A stretch of 64,000 nucleotides of DNA from Chiloscyllium plagiosum (lineage: Eukaryota): assembly GCF_004010195.1 (NCBI RefSeq), contig NC_057752.1:11116211-11180210 (forward strand), in the 5' to 3' direction. Below are positions 24,658 through 36,684 of the stretch, piece after piece. Within the stretch, counting starts at the first letter, position 1. The number at the start of each line of letters is the position of its first letter. Under the pieces are notes generated by a model that was given only the letters and a program-made list of their open reading frames with translations, was not told where the DNA came from and searched no databases. The position numbers and the translations under genes were made by a program.

Positions 24658-25514
24658 CCCAAGGCCGTTTCTTTAATACTATAAGTCCTACCCTTGTTTG
24701 TTGTATCAAAATGCAATATAATACTTGCATTTATCTAGATTGAACTCTATCTGCAATTTTTCAGCAAATTGACCTATTTGATCAAGATCTCTTTGTAATT
24801 TTAGAAAACTTTCTTCATTGTCTACTATGCTACCAATTTTGGTGTCATCACAAACTTACTGACCATGCCTTCTGAATTCTCATCCAAATGCCTTTGAGTT
24901 CAAAGGGAAGCTGCAGTCATTTGGATGGAACCATACTCAAACTGTATATAGATAGTTGAGAAAACCATCTAAAGCTGGAGCTGTGGATTAAAAGCAATTT
25001 CTGTGAACTGTTACTGGTAGCCAGGGTGAAAACTGTTTCTCGCTGTAACAAGAGCTAATAAATACTTTTTGAAGGGGTCAGTGAAGGTTTTGGCAAGGAC
25101 TTCCCACAGAAGTTATTTAACATTCTCATCTGTATTGCAAGATTTAATAAGTCTTCAGAATTGGTTTTCTTTTGATGTTGATATTTCTTTGGAGAAAATA
25201 AATAAAGAACCCTGCTTTCTGCTTTTACTCTGTCATCTTTTGCAATACAGTTAGTAGTTGTTACAAATTTATAAATAATGCCAGTACGATCTGTTGATCA
25301 GTATCAATCCATGGCAAGTTGATACTGTTGTCAACAGCATGATAAAATGCTGATTGACAACATGTAAGGCTATGAGCCATTTAAAAACAATGCAGACAAA
25401 AAAATCCAAAGGGGTCACATCACATAGCTGTATCTCTGATGCCACTGCAATACAAACAAAACATTGTCCCTTATATCATTCCTTTTCTCAGTAACCTGCC
25501 TGGGGATCATGCCA

Positions 25515-25770
25515 GCATTGTATTGCCAATGTATTGCACCTGGCCCATATCCTTCCAAACCCTTCCTATTCATATACCCACCCAAATGTCTTTTAAATGT
25601 TGCAATTGTACCAGCTTTCACCACTTCCCCTGGCAGCTCATTCCATACATGCAACACCCTCTGCATGAAAAAGTTGCCTCTTAGGTCTCTTTTAAATCTT
25701 TCCCCTCTTGCCCTTTATTTCTGGACTCCCCCACCCCAGGGAAAATACTTTGTCTATTTATCCTATCCAT
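25515..25770 (-). mobile_element. CR1 3' fragment
   Basis: Minus ORF QRVLHVWNELPGEVVKAGTIATFKRHL. Confidence 0.88.
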
Positions 25771-26299
25771 TAGAGTGAATTATTATTTAATTTTGAGCGA
25801 AGAAGCTACAAATCTTTTCAGTTTGGTCAAAACAATAATTTTGCCAGTATGATAGCAACAGGAAAGGAGCTGTTAAGATTAAATTCAGTTTCAAAATTTG
25901 GATACAAATGTTAATTTCATAGTAGCCACGATTCATCAGTGGTAAAGAAGAAATACAGATATTTTGTTTTTTCTTCCATAAAGTTTTCTTTGCAATTTTT
26001 ACATAACATAGCCCTAGCAGCTTTCTTTTGGAGAAATAATATTTGTATTGTATTGTGAACATTTCTCATCTGTGCACATATTGCTCACAAACACCTCAAT
26101 TTAAGAAGGACTTCAAAAAGGTTATTAAAATGGTTGAGACCAATGATTAAGTGCTCTGTGGAATTCTGACCACATTTACAGGTTCATTGTTAGAATGTTG
26201 ATTGTAAAGCAAAAATACTGTGAATTTTGTCATTTCAGAAAGTTGCCTTGAAACTCACAAGTTGGTTTCTACTTTTGGCAAAATCTTAACAACTGTATT

Positions 26300-26980
26300 G
26301 AGTCATAGAGTCGTAGAGATGTACAGCATGGAAACAGACCCTGCGGTCCAACGCGTCCATGCCGACCAGATATCCCAACCCAATCTAGTCCCACTTGCCG
26401 GCACCTGGCCCATATCCCTCCTGGCCCTATTCATATATCCACCCAAATGCCTTTTAAATGTTGCAATTGTACCAGCTTTCACCACTTCCCCTGGCAGTTC
26501 ATTCCATACACGCACCACCCTCTGCATGAAAAAGTTGCCTCTTAGGTCTCTTTTATATCTTTCCCCTCTCACCCTAAACCTATGTCCTTTAGTTCTGGAC
26601 TCCCCCACCCCAGGGAAAATACTTTGTCTATTTATCCTATCCATTCCCCTCAGTTCCCAAACCTCTATAAGGTCACCCCTCAGCCTCTGACGCTCCAGGG
26701 AAAATAGCCCTCACCTATTCAACCTCTCCTGATAGCTCAAACCCTCCAACCCAGGCAACATCCTTGTAAATCTTTTCTGAACCCTTTCAAGTTTCACAAC
26801 ATCTTTCCGATAGGAAGGAGACCAGAATTGCACATAATATTCCAAAAGTGGCCTAACCAATGTCCTGTACAGCTGCAACATGACCTCCCAACTCCAATTA
26901 CTCTGACCAATAAAGGAAAGCATGCCGAATACCTTCTTCACTATCCTACCTATTTGTGACTCCACTTTCAAGGAGCTGGT
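26300..26980 (-). mobile_element. CR1 3' fragment
   Basis: Minus ORFs LVRPLLEYYVQFWSP and GNFFMQRVVRVWNELP; (CTATGACT) tail. Confidence 0.92.
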
Positions 26981-27454
26981 GAAATAATATGTCAATTTAA
27001 AAGAACATTACATTGCATGTACAAGCTTAATGTCTTGTATTGCCTGATAGGAAGAGAAATGTGGGCTTTGAAGTGGTAAGGCAGCATTCTGATCCTGCCC
27101 ACTATTTTAACAGAAAAATGAATCTACTCAAGCAATAACATAAATAATGCTGGCACAAGAATGAGGGCAGATAGAAATTGGATTAACTGCTGGCATGAGA
27201 GTGAATCACAACCAAAGAGATGGAGTAATATCAGAAAACAGGGGTTGTTGGGAGGAGGGAACTACCCACGTTATTCGGCTGTAATGCAGTTCATTCTCAA
27301 TGTAATGTTACAACTTATTTCAAAGTTGTACAAAGTATGGATTGGTGACCCTCTAGAACAGATATATCAACACATGGGCTTAAATACATTTTGAACAGTG
27401 ATCCACATAATAGTCTTGCTTTTGGAGTATTACAAAAATGTATGTAGGTTTTGA

Positions 27455-27785
27455 GATAGAATCCCTATAGCGTGGAAACAGGCCCTTCAGCCCGACAAGT
27501 CCACACCAACCCTCCAAAGAGTAATCCACCCAGACCCATAGCTCTACCCTATTATTCTATATTTTCCCCTGACTAATGAACCTAACCTACACATCCCTGA
27601 ACACTATGGGCAATTTAGCATGGCCAATTCACCTAACCTGCACATCTTTGGATTGTAGGAGGAAACCCATGCAGACACAGGGAGAACGTGCAAACTTCAC
27701 ACAGGCAGTCAGCCGAGGCTGGAATTGAACCTGGGTCCCAGGCATTGTAAGGCAGCAATGCTAACCACTGAGCCACCGTGCTGCC
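27455..27785 (-). mobile_element. HE1-type V-SINE
   Basis: Reverse complement of head, V-domain and tail. Confidence 0.88.
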
Positions 27786-28504
27786 AATAGCTATTTGTTT
27801 GTAAGTCAAGAGAAATTGCAACAAGATGGGATTAATATGCATATCAGTTGTGAAATAAACAAACCTTGTAATTAAGTAATCATTTGACATTTCCAACATG
27901 CATATGAAGATTTACTGCAATGATAATTCAGACTGCGATGAGGGGGAAACCTTTTACAGAGACAGTTAGCTCCCTTTCAGAACTGCTGTGGGTGGACCGA
28001 TACCACACAGACTGCAGTGTCTCAAAAAGAAATGTCTGCCATCACCTTCTGAAGGGCAACTAGAGATGTGCCATAAATGGTGACCTGGAGCTCTGGAATA
28101 TGCTGACTAGTGACTTGAATGTGAGGAGGTGATTTCTTGACTGATAAGGCTGATTAGTCTGTGCCTTGGTACTTCAAACATGATGCTAAATATTTAATTG
28201 ATAACAGATGGAAATAAATGTGGAGGCAGCTTCTACGGTCATGAGGGGTCTGCAGGATGCTTAATAAATATTAATCATGTCCTTGGTTTGTGATCTGACA
28301 CTGTAGTGTGGGCTTTGCCTCCATCAGGGTAATTATGCCTGTGGGGGTAATGCTTATGTTGTCTCCCATAATAAAAGAACTGGAGAAGAAGAGTCACATT
28401 GGACTCAACATAATTTTGTTTCTCTCTTCATAGCTGCTGCTCGGCCTGCTGAGATTTTATTTCAGATTTCCAGCATCCATGGTATTTTGCTTTTACGTAA
28501 GAAC

Positions 28505-29125
28505 TAGATGTGGGTGGGTGTGGCATTGAAAGATTCTGAGGGAGCTTGGCAGGGTGGATGTTGAGAAGCTGTTTCTATTATTGGGAGAATCTTGAACTGG
28601 GGAGGGGAAACAACACAATTACAGAATAAGTAGACACTCATTTAAAACTAGGAGAAAGTGAGGATGCAGATGCTGAAGATCAGAGTCAAAAAGTGTGGTG
28701 CTGGAAAAGCACAGCTGGTCAGGCAGCATCTGAGGAGCAGGAGAGTCGACATTTCGAGCTTAACACTTCTTCAGGACAGCACAGGAATTCCTGACGAAGA
28801 GCTTATGCTCAAACGTTGACTCTCCTGCTCCTTGGATGCTGCCTGTCCGGCTGTGCTTTTCCAGCACCACATTCATTTCAGACTGAGATGCAGAGGAACC
28901 CCTCCTCCCAGGGGCAGTGAATGTCTGGAATTCTCTATCCCAGAGAGTTGTGGAGCTAGATCATTAAAGAGGTGGTGGATAGATTTTTAAATACTGTGGA
29001 GTTGAGGGCTCTGATGAGCTGGCAGGAAAGAGGAGTTGAGGGCTGGAGCAGATCAGCCATGATCTTATTGAATAGTGCCACTGAATGTTACTCCTACTCC
29101 TAATCCTTATGTTCTTATGTTACGT
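28505..29125 (+). mobile_element. Old CR1 3' fragment interrupted by a PLE mini-element
   Basis: KILRELGRVDVEKLF, AVNVWNSLSQRV, (TTCTTATG)n tail. Confidence 0.7.
28650..28872. mobile_element. Palindromic PLE mini-element (family 3)
   Basis: Inverted arms GTGTGGTGCTGGAAAAGCACAGC... and ...GCTGTGCTTTTCCAGCACCACA with a one-sided extension; decayed hammerheads on both strands (CTGACGA-A-GAGC-ttat-GCTC-AAAC lacks the core G). Confidence 0.8.
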
Positions 29126-31123
29126 TCTTTGTCAATGTTGTCAACAGAGATATTCAACAAAACCTGAGTCCATGAGAAAAAAAGAAACCATTTAATGTGC
29201 AGACTTGCTTGTCATTGGGCTAGAGCAGAGAGCATCAGTTGTTGATTCTCTGAGCAAAAAGAATTGATAGGCTAGATAGAAACTACTTCATTTGGTAAGG
29301 GAATGAAGAGCAAAAGGACAAAATCATAACATTGGAGTTCAAGAGGGAAATCAAGAAGCACGTTGGCACGCAAAGGACAGTGGAAATCTGGAACTTTTCT
29401 ATGCACACTGGTCAATTGAAATTTGGATTTTTTTTTGACTTGGATAAGGGTATCAAGGAATATGGAGCAAAGATTGGTGGTAAATGGTGTTCGTTGAGGT
29501 ACAGGTACAGGTCTAATTGAATCCTAGTCCTGTACCTATTTGCCTGTGATCGTCGGATGACCTGTAAGTGGACTGCATCTCTGTCTTCCACACCTACATC
29601 ACACTGTTGATAGTATCTAGCATTGTGTTACCTACTTTTCATGTATTAAAGGTGTTTTGGTGATTCAGATGCCATTCAGTAAGCTGGATCAGATCCAGAT
29701 CTAGTCTGTTTTCCTCCAAGACAACCATGGTCTGTCCAGTCATGCACCTTTTTGTTCTGTTGACAGACTCAAAGTGCTGTTAAATCCAGATAGTTAATGA
29801 AGCCAGTAGACTTTACAGAAACCCATGTACTCTGAGCTTGTGCATCCCAGGACATTGAATCATAAAATTATGATAGTGCGGAGTGAAACCATTCAGCCCA
29901 TCGTGTCAAAGTTGGCTGTCTACAAGAGCAACTCAGCTAGTCCTGCTAGTCTCTGTTTCTTACCTTGCCCCACAGCTTTGTAATTTTTATTTCTTCACGT
30001 TATTGTTCAATTTCCTATGAAAGACAAAATTGAATCTGCCTTCTCTATACATTCGGGCAGTGTATTAAAGATCTAACCACTCAATGCATAAAATATCTTG
30101 ACCAAGTGGATTTTGAAAGATGTTTCCTCTTGTGGGAGAATCTAGAACTAGGGATCATAGTTAAAAAATAAGAGGGAACTCCATTTAAAACAGAGGAGGA
30201 AACTTTTTCTTCTCTTGTAGACAGACAGCTAAGAGTCTTTGGAATTCCCTTTCTCAAAAGACAGTGGATGCAAAATCTTTAAATATTTTTAAAGCAGAGG
30301 CAGATGGATTACTGACTACCAAGAGGACGAAAGATTATTGAGGAATATGCAGGAATGTAGAGGTTAAAGAGAGATCAGCCACAAACATATTGAATAGTGG
30401 AGCAAGTTCTAAGAGTGGAGTGACTAGTTCTAGATTCTCCCACAAGAGGAAACTTCTTGTGCCTTGTTTGTATGCTTGCAACAGTTTTCCTTCGTGTCGC
30501 CAATCACTCTGAATTGGTGTGCTCTAGTTCTCACCCCCTTCTACCCATGGGAACAGTGTTTCCCTGTCTAATCTGTGAAAACTTACTGATTATAAACCTC
30601 TCTGTCAAATGTCCTCTCAATCTTCTCTTCTCCAAAGAGACCAGCCCCAGCTACACAGTTTATTGACTTAACTGAAGTTCCTCATCCCCAGAATCATTAT
30701 TGTAAGCTCTTTCTGCATTATCTCTAAAGCCTTTGCATCCTTACTAAATGTATTGCCCAGAACTAGACAGAATACAGCAGTTGAATTGTATCCTTCAGTT
30801 TTTAATTGCATCCCCTTGTTCTTTCCAACAAAGAACTCCACATTTCCCTGCATAAAGTTTTATTTGCAGCATGTCTACTTGTTCCACCAACCTATCTATG
30901 TTCTATTGAAGGCTAGCAGTATCCTCCTCACAATTCACAATGATTTTTAAGTTTTTTGTTACCTGCAAATATTTAAATTGTCCCTTTTGTACCAAAATGT
31001 ACGTCATTAATGTTGTATCAAGAAAAGCAGCGTCAACTTCCCTAGTTTTTGGAGAACCGCACTTCAATTGGATAAACAGTTGTTCAGTTTGTAATTTTGC
31101 TTGCTGAGCTGGCAGGTTTGTTT

Positions 31124-31164
31124 TCAGACGTTTCGTCACCATTGCTAGGTAACATCATCAGTGA
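31124..31164 (-). ncRNA. Minimal type I hammerhead ribozyme motif
   Basis: UCA-CUGAUGA-U-GUUACC-uagcaau-GGUGAC-GAAA-CG-UC^UGA; intact core, GUC triplet. Confidence 0.78.
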
Positions 31165-31198
31165 GCCTCCGGTGAAGTGCTAGTGTTCTGACCATGGC

Positions 31199-31238
31199 TC
31201 ACTGAGGATGTTACCCAGTGTGGTGATGAAACATCTGA
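31199..31238 (+). ncRNA. Minimal hammerhead motif, partly decayed
   Basis: UCA-CUGAGGA-U-GUUACC-cagugu-GGUGAU-GAAA-CA-UC^UGA; helix III palindrome ACGU changed to ACAU. Confidence 0.55.
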
Positions 31239-32542
31239 AAACAAATCTGCCAGCTCAGCAAGCAAACTTACAACCTGAACCTCAACCTGAGCTACAAATC
31301 ATCTCAAAATCGCAAACAATTGTTCATTATTAGATTTCTGCTTCCTGTCACTCAGCCAACTTCATATGCAACTGTCCTTTTTCACAGGCTTCAACTTTAC
31401 CAACAAGCTTCTTATGTGACATTTTACCAAACAAGATTTGCAAGTCTATGTACAGCACATCAACTATGTTACCCACAACAACCCTCATCATAAACTCAAT
31501 CAATTTATTTAAACATGATTTGCTTTGTACAAATCTATGCTGACTTTCTGGAGTTACTTCACATTTGTTCAAATGACTGTTAATTTTATCCCAAATAATC
31601 ACCTCTAAAGGCTTTCTCACCACAAGTTAAACTGATTGGCTAGTGGTTACTGGGCTTCTTGTGGCAATGGGACTGACTACCTTGCTTCACTGAGAACCAG
31701 TCTAGACTTGATAGGTCGAATGACTGCCTTCTGTACCATCACTAACTCTAAGACCTCCCTCCATACCTTTGGAGACATCCGATCCAGTGTCTTACAAACT
31801 TTAACTCAATTAAATTTCTTTCTAATAGCAGCCGCTTCATTAATTCTTGGATCATCAAATGTCTCATCTACCTTCTTTTCCATTAAGACTTTGGCAGCAT
31901 CTTTTTTCCATGGTAAAGACAAATACAAAGTATTCATTTAATACCTCAGCCATACCTTCTGCCTCCATGAGTAGATCCCATTTTGATCCCTGATTGACTG
32001 TACCACTCTTTTTACTACATTTTGTTCTTTACATGGTTAGCAAAGATCTTTTGAATTCCCTTTTCTATTTCCTACCAGTCCCTTCTTAGAATGTCTCTTT
32101 GCCTCTGTCATTTTTTTCACTTCCCCTGTAAACTTTCTATATTCAGCCTGATTCTCCATTGCATTGTCCACCTAACATCTGCCTATGCACCAGTTTTCTA
32201 CTTCATATGAACTGTAAACAGGATTTAGTTTTTGCACTTCCTACCTAATAACTTATGACTTCTTACTCCTAGTATTGTCTGTCTATTCCGAGACATTTTA
32301 TGTGCTTTACTTTCCTTTTTCAATATTATATCGTGATCCCCTTTCCCATTCCTATTTAGTCTAAGCCCTCCTCAATAGGAAGCTGACCTACAAGGACACT
32401 GCACCCTGTCCTGTTCAGGTGTAATCCATTTGCCTGTACAGATTCCTCCACCCCAGAACTGGTTCCAATGTTCCAAGAATCTAGATCCCTCTCTCCAACA
32501 GCATTTAATATTTGTAGTCAACTTGTTATTATCAGCTTATAA

Positions 32543-32880
32543 GGGTGGCACAGTGGCTAGCACTGCTGCCTCACAGTACGAGGGACCCAGGTTCAATTCC
32601 AGCCTTAGTCTGTCTGCCAGCCTGAAATTTGCATGTTCTTCCTGTGTCTGTGTGGGTTCTTGCCAGGTACTCTGTTTTCTTCGCCCAGTCCTGAGATGTA
32701 TAGATTAGGAGGATTGACCATGCTAAATTGCCTGTAGTGTCCAGGTTGATTGGATTAGCCATGGGAAATGCAAGGTTACAGGGATCAGGTAGGGGTCTGG
32801 GTAGGATGATGTTCAGAGGGTCTGTGCAGACTCAATGAGCCAAATGGCCCCTTTCCGTACTGGAAGGTTTCTATGATTCT
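32543..32880 (+). mobile_element. Diverged HE1-type V-SINE
   Basis: TGGCACAGTGG and GGTTCAATTCC boxes, decayed V-domain and tail. Confidence 0.8.
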
Positions 32881-33454
32881 AATCAGTAATATTATTTTAC
32901 ACCTCTGGAGTAAATGGGACTTGAACCTAGGTCTCCTGCTCCAGGGGTAGGGGCTGTGCTACAAGAATCCTTCTATGCAGTCTCAATGGCTCAATAGCCT
33001 GTTTCTCTATTGTAGTGACTCTATTCTAACCCTAAATTTAATCTCAGATGTGTTTAACTGACGATCCAATCATGCCCTCCACAAGCGTAGATATTTTCTT
33101 GATCAGCCTGTTGAGAGATGTCATTACACACTTGGTAGGACTTGAACCCTGATTCCCTGGCTTAGAGGTAAGCACACTACCCCTGCACCTCAAGAGGCCT
33201 GAGTTTCTTAGGGTAAATATTTTGACAGCTCCTCAGGGTAATATCTTCGGCTCAATTATTATCAGCTGAAATGCTAGAAATACGCAACAGATCAGGCAGC
33301 CTCTTTGGAGAGAAAAAGTGGAGTTCATGTTTCACATTATCACCTTTCATCAGAACTGGGAATAGTTAGAAATGAACGGGGAGAGTCAAAAAAGAATAAA
33401 GCAAAAGATTGTGAGAGGGTGGAAGATGGGAAACATTACATGATAAAAAGGTTA

Positions 33455-34115
33455 GTCATAGAGTCATACAGCATGGAAACAGGCCTTTCGGTCCAACTCA
33501 TCTCTGCCAACCAAGTTTACCAAACTAAACTAGTCCCCCGAAACGTCGATTCTCCTGTTCCCTAGATGCTGCCTGACCTGCTGCGCTTTTCCAGCAACAC
33601 ATTTCCATCTCTGATCTCCAGCATCTGCAGACCTCACTTTCTCCTCAAATATGGCCCATACCCCTTTAAACTTTTCATATTCATGTACCTGTTTAAATGT
33701 CTTTTAAATGTTGTAACTGTACCTGCATCTACCACTTTCTCTGGCAGTTTATTGCACCTATGACCGCCCTCTGTGTGAAAAAGTTGTCCCTCAGGTCCCT
33801 TTTAAATCTTTCCCCTCTCACTTTAAAAGTATACCCCCTAGTTTTGAACTGTCCCACCCTAGGGAAAAGACCTTTGCTATTCACCTTATCTATGCTGCTC
33901 ATGATTTTATAAACCTCTGAGGTCACCCCTCAACCTCCCATGCTCTAGTGACAAAAGTCCCAGCCTAGCCAGCTTGTCCTTTATAATGCAAACCTTCTAG
34001 TCCTGGCGAATCTTTTCTGAACCCTCCCCAATTCAATAATATCCTTCCTATAGCAGGACTAGAACTGTATACAGCACTCCAAAAGTTGCCTCGCCAGCAT
34101 TTTGTACAACTTCAC
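33455..34115 (-). mobile_element. CR1 3' fragment with a + strand PLE family 3 terminus inserted at about 33536-33648
   Basis: Minus ORF EVYKIM..KVRGERFKRDLRDNFFTQR; insert begins CCCGAAACGTCGATTCTCCTG. Confidence 0.85.
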
Positions 34116-35184
34116 CATAGCCAGAGAAGGTAGTAATGGGACAGGTAAAGAAACAGAAGATGTGCCCAGAGGGGGTGTCAATGGAAGGCAATGAACAGTT
34201 TGCTGTCTGAAAGCATAAGCGAGAAAATCAAGGTCAAGGCTGCATGCAAAGAAAATGAAGCAAAATGGGGGAGCAGAGGTTACAGTCTGAGATTGTTGGA
34301 CTCCGTTGTCATACTTCAATAATCTGGACATGTGGAACATAAATTTGAAATTTGATCCTTTCTCATTTTCTTTACAGCAATGGACACCTTGCTTTTAAAA
34401 CAAAATGCAGTTGAGAAATCAGATAACCCTTTTCTGTCAATATATGTAGAACTATAGAAGGCCCGAGAACTGGTCTTCCAGTCTGGACAAGATAGTAAAA
34501 TGCAAACCAGCTTTCAAACTGATTCATGAGATTTTATCAAAGTACAACAAACCTTTTCAGTAGCTACCTTATTGAAATAATGTTAGAAATTAGTTCACAC
34601 CGCAGACTTATAGAGACTTTGAGTTTTAGAGTGGAATTTCAAAGAATGCATGTGATCAAATTCTTTCCATTACAAAGATTTCTGAATGATTGCAACTCAA
34701 AGACTATTGTGTGTCCAAGGCCTAAGTTGTCAGAAATCATTTGAAAGGACAATGAGATACAGGTACGGTGGCCATCCGATAGAAATCAGGTTTCCGATGA
34801 GAGAAATTTTCTAGGCAGAAAGAACAGGCTGAGATCAGCAAAGGAACAGGACCTCGCTTGAGATCATCAATAGGCAGAGAACGCAGGCTAGCCTTTGCCT
34901 ACTTATTTGAAAAACCAAGCCAAGATTTTGCTTTGGGGTTTAACTCCTCCTTGACTGGAGTGAAGCAAGAGAAATCTGCTACTGTAGCAATAAACCACGT
35001 GCATCTGTCTCCATCAACCTTCAGGCTCTGTTTCTTCAGTGCACCAAAAAGGAAATACAGGCCTGCAACATTTCAAGAGTTAATCTCAGGCAAAGTAAAT
35101 GAGACTATGAACTTTTAGACTTTTAAGACCTAAGTATATGTTACCTTATTTGCTGGCTAATCTTTAACTCTCAGTTGGCGTTGC

Positions 35185-35320
35185 AAAAACTGGTCATTGT
35201 CACATTGCTGTTTGTATAGTCTTGCTGTGTGCAAGGGGTTGCTGCATTTTCTGCATTAGAACAGTAAATAACTTCAAAAGTACTACATAAAGCACTTGGG
35301 TGTCCTGTGGTTGTAAACCG
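35185..35320 (+). mobile_element. SINE 3' tail resembling DeuSINE/AmnSINE-type tails
   Basis: GGTCATTGTCACATTGCTGTTTGT..CTTGCTGTGTGCAA..ACTTCAAAAGTAC..AAAGCACTTGGG, matched to a consensus recalled from memory. Confidence 0.5.
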
Positions 35321-35665
35321 TTTGCAAGATTCACTACACAAATTCCCCAAAGCTTTTGCAACAGCACCATCCAATCTTGCAGCCTTTACGGCCTAGAAGG
35401 GCAAGGGGAACAGATACAGGGAGCACCACCTACAAGTTCCCCTCCAGTCACACACCATCCTGACTTGGAAATATGTCATCATTCCTTCAATGTCAGTAGG
35501 TCCTAGTATTCTTTCCCTAACAGCGTTGTGAGTGGACCTATGCCACATGGACTGAAGCAGTTCAAGAAGCAGCTCCTCACCACCACCACCCCCAACTGGG
35601 ATAGAAGACAGATGTTGGCTTTGTGAACGAAGCTCACATTTTGTGAAGAAATTTATTTTTAAAAA
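35320..35665 (+). mobile_element. LINE family B 3' end (diverged)
   Basis: Similar to about 3400-3740. Confidence 0.7.
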
Positions 35666-35723
35666 ACCTCTGAACTATTCAGATTAGCTGAAATGAAGTT
35701 GTTTTCTGATCTTGTTCACTGCT

Positions 35724-35920
35724 GTGGGGCTGGTTAGCTCAGTTGGCTGGTTTGTGATGCAGAATAATGCCAACAGTATGAGTTCAATTCCTGTACCAGC
35801 TGAGGTCACCATGAAGGTCCCACCTTCTCAACTCACCCTGAGGCATGATGACCCTCTGGTAAAACCACCAGCAATCGCCTCTCTCTAATGTGAGTGTGAT
35901 GGGACGATGGCTACTTCATA
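35724..35920 (+). mobile_element. tRNA-derived SINE (non-HE1)
   Basis: A box TAGCTCAGTTGG and B box GAGTTCAATTCC; does not fold into a cloverleaf. Confidence 0.6.
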
Positions 35921-36684
35921 TTGCTGTGTTCTTGGTCTAAAATAGATGAGTTGCTAAATTCAGCTAAGTATGTCAGTAATATTGAACCTGAAATCCCAGT
36001 ATCTAATCTGTATTGGTTAAGAGTATCAAATGATTTTTTTTCTCACACAGGAACATTTGATGTTTTGCACTGGGATCCACCATTCATGTCAAATATTTAT
36101 AAGAAGACTAAATTAAGACTAAGTACACCACAAAATTCAACCTAAATTTGAATCTCTGAAATCTGGTTTCCATCCCCGCTGCACCGTTTCTCAATATTCC
36201 ACCAGTGGTTCCAATTTAATATGTTCATCTCTGTGTCGAAATTGTTTCTTGGCCTTGCCCCTACCAATCGTTTGTACCACTTTTCAAACTCAGCTCATTC
36301 CTCGACTCTGGCCTTTTGAGTATTTCCCCTCTTGTTGCCCTATTTTCTATTTTCTAATTTATTCCTATGATCTGTTTTGCTGGACATTTTATTTATTTAC
36401 TTTTCAAACTTGTTTTTCCTCAGAACTTTCTTTACTTTTATTTTAATTTATTGTGAAGGCGCCTAAGCGTGGCAATGGTGCACGCTTTTCACTGTATTTT
36501 TATATTGGATACACATTACAATAAATGATTCAATAAACATGTACTGAAGAATCTTGACCTAGGTACTTTGTACCTGAGATGATGCCATAAGTGATGACTT
36601 ATAAAGCTTTCACTGTTGAAAGCTTTATTGAAATGTTGTTAATAATGGTCAGTGATAGCATTCTAACCTCGAGTCAGCAGACCA

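Larger units (their letters stand above)
31087..31313. mobile_element. Palindromic PLE mini-element (family 2)
   Basis: Inverted arms about 31087-31167 and 31196-31277 with a one-sided extension; TSD AAACAGTTGTTCA (31074-31086) and AAACAATTGTTCA (31314-31326). Confidence 0.88.
29860..32480 (-). mobile_element. Old, fragmented CR1 (with a + strand CR1 piece at about 30100-30425 and a PLE insertion)
   Basis: Minus ORF LEVIIWDKINSHL..ESQHRFVQSKSCLNKLIEF..VDVLYIDLQ. Confidence 0.75.

Noticed and set aside
35724..35800. tRNA gene
   Set aside because: A and B boxes are present but there is no cloverleaf; this and the HE1 heads are SINE heads.
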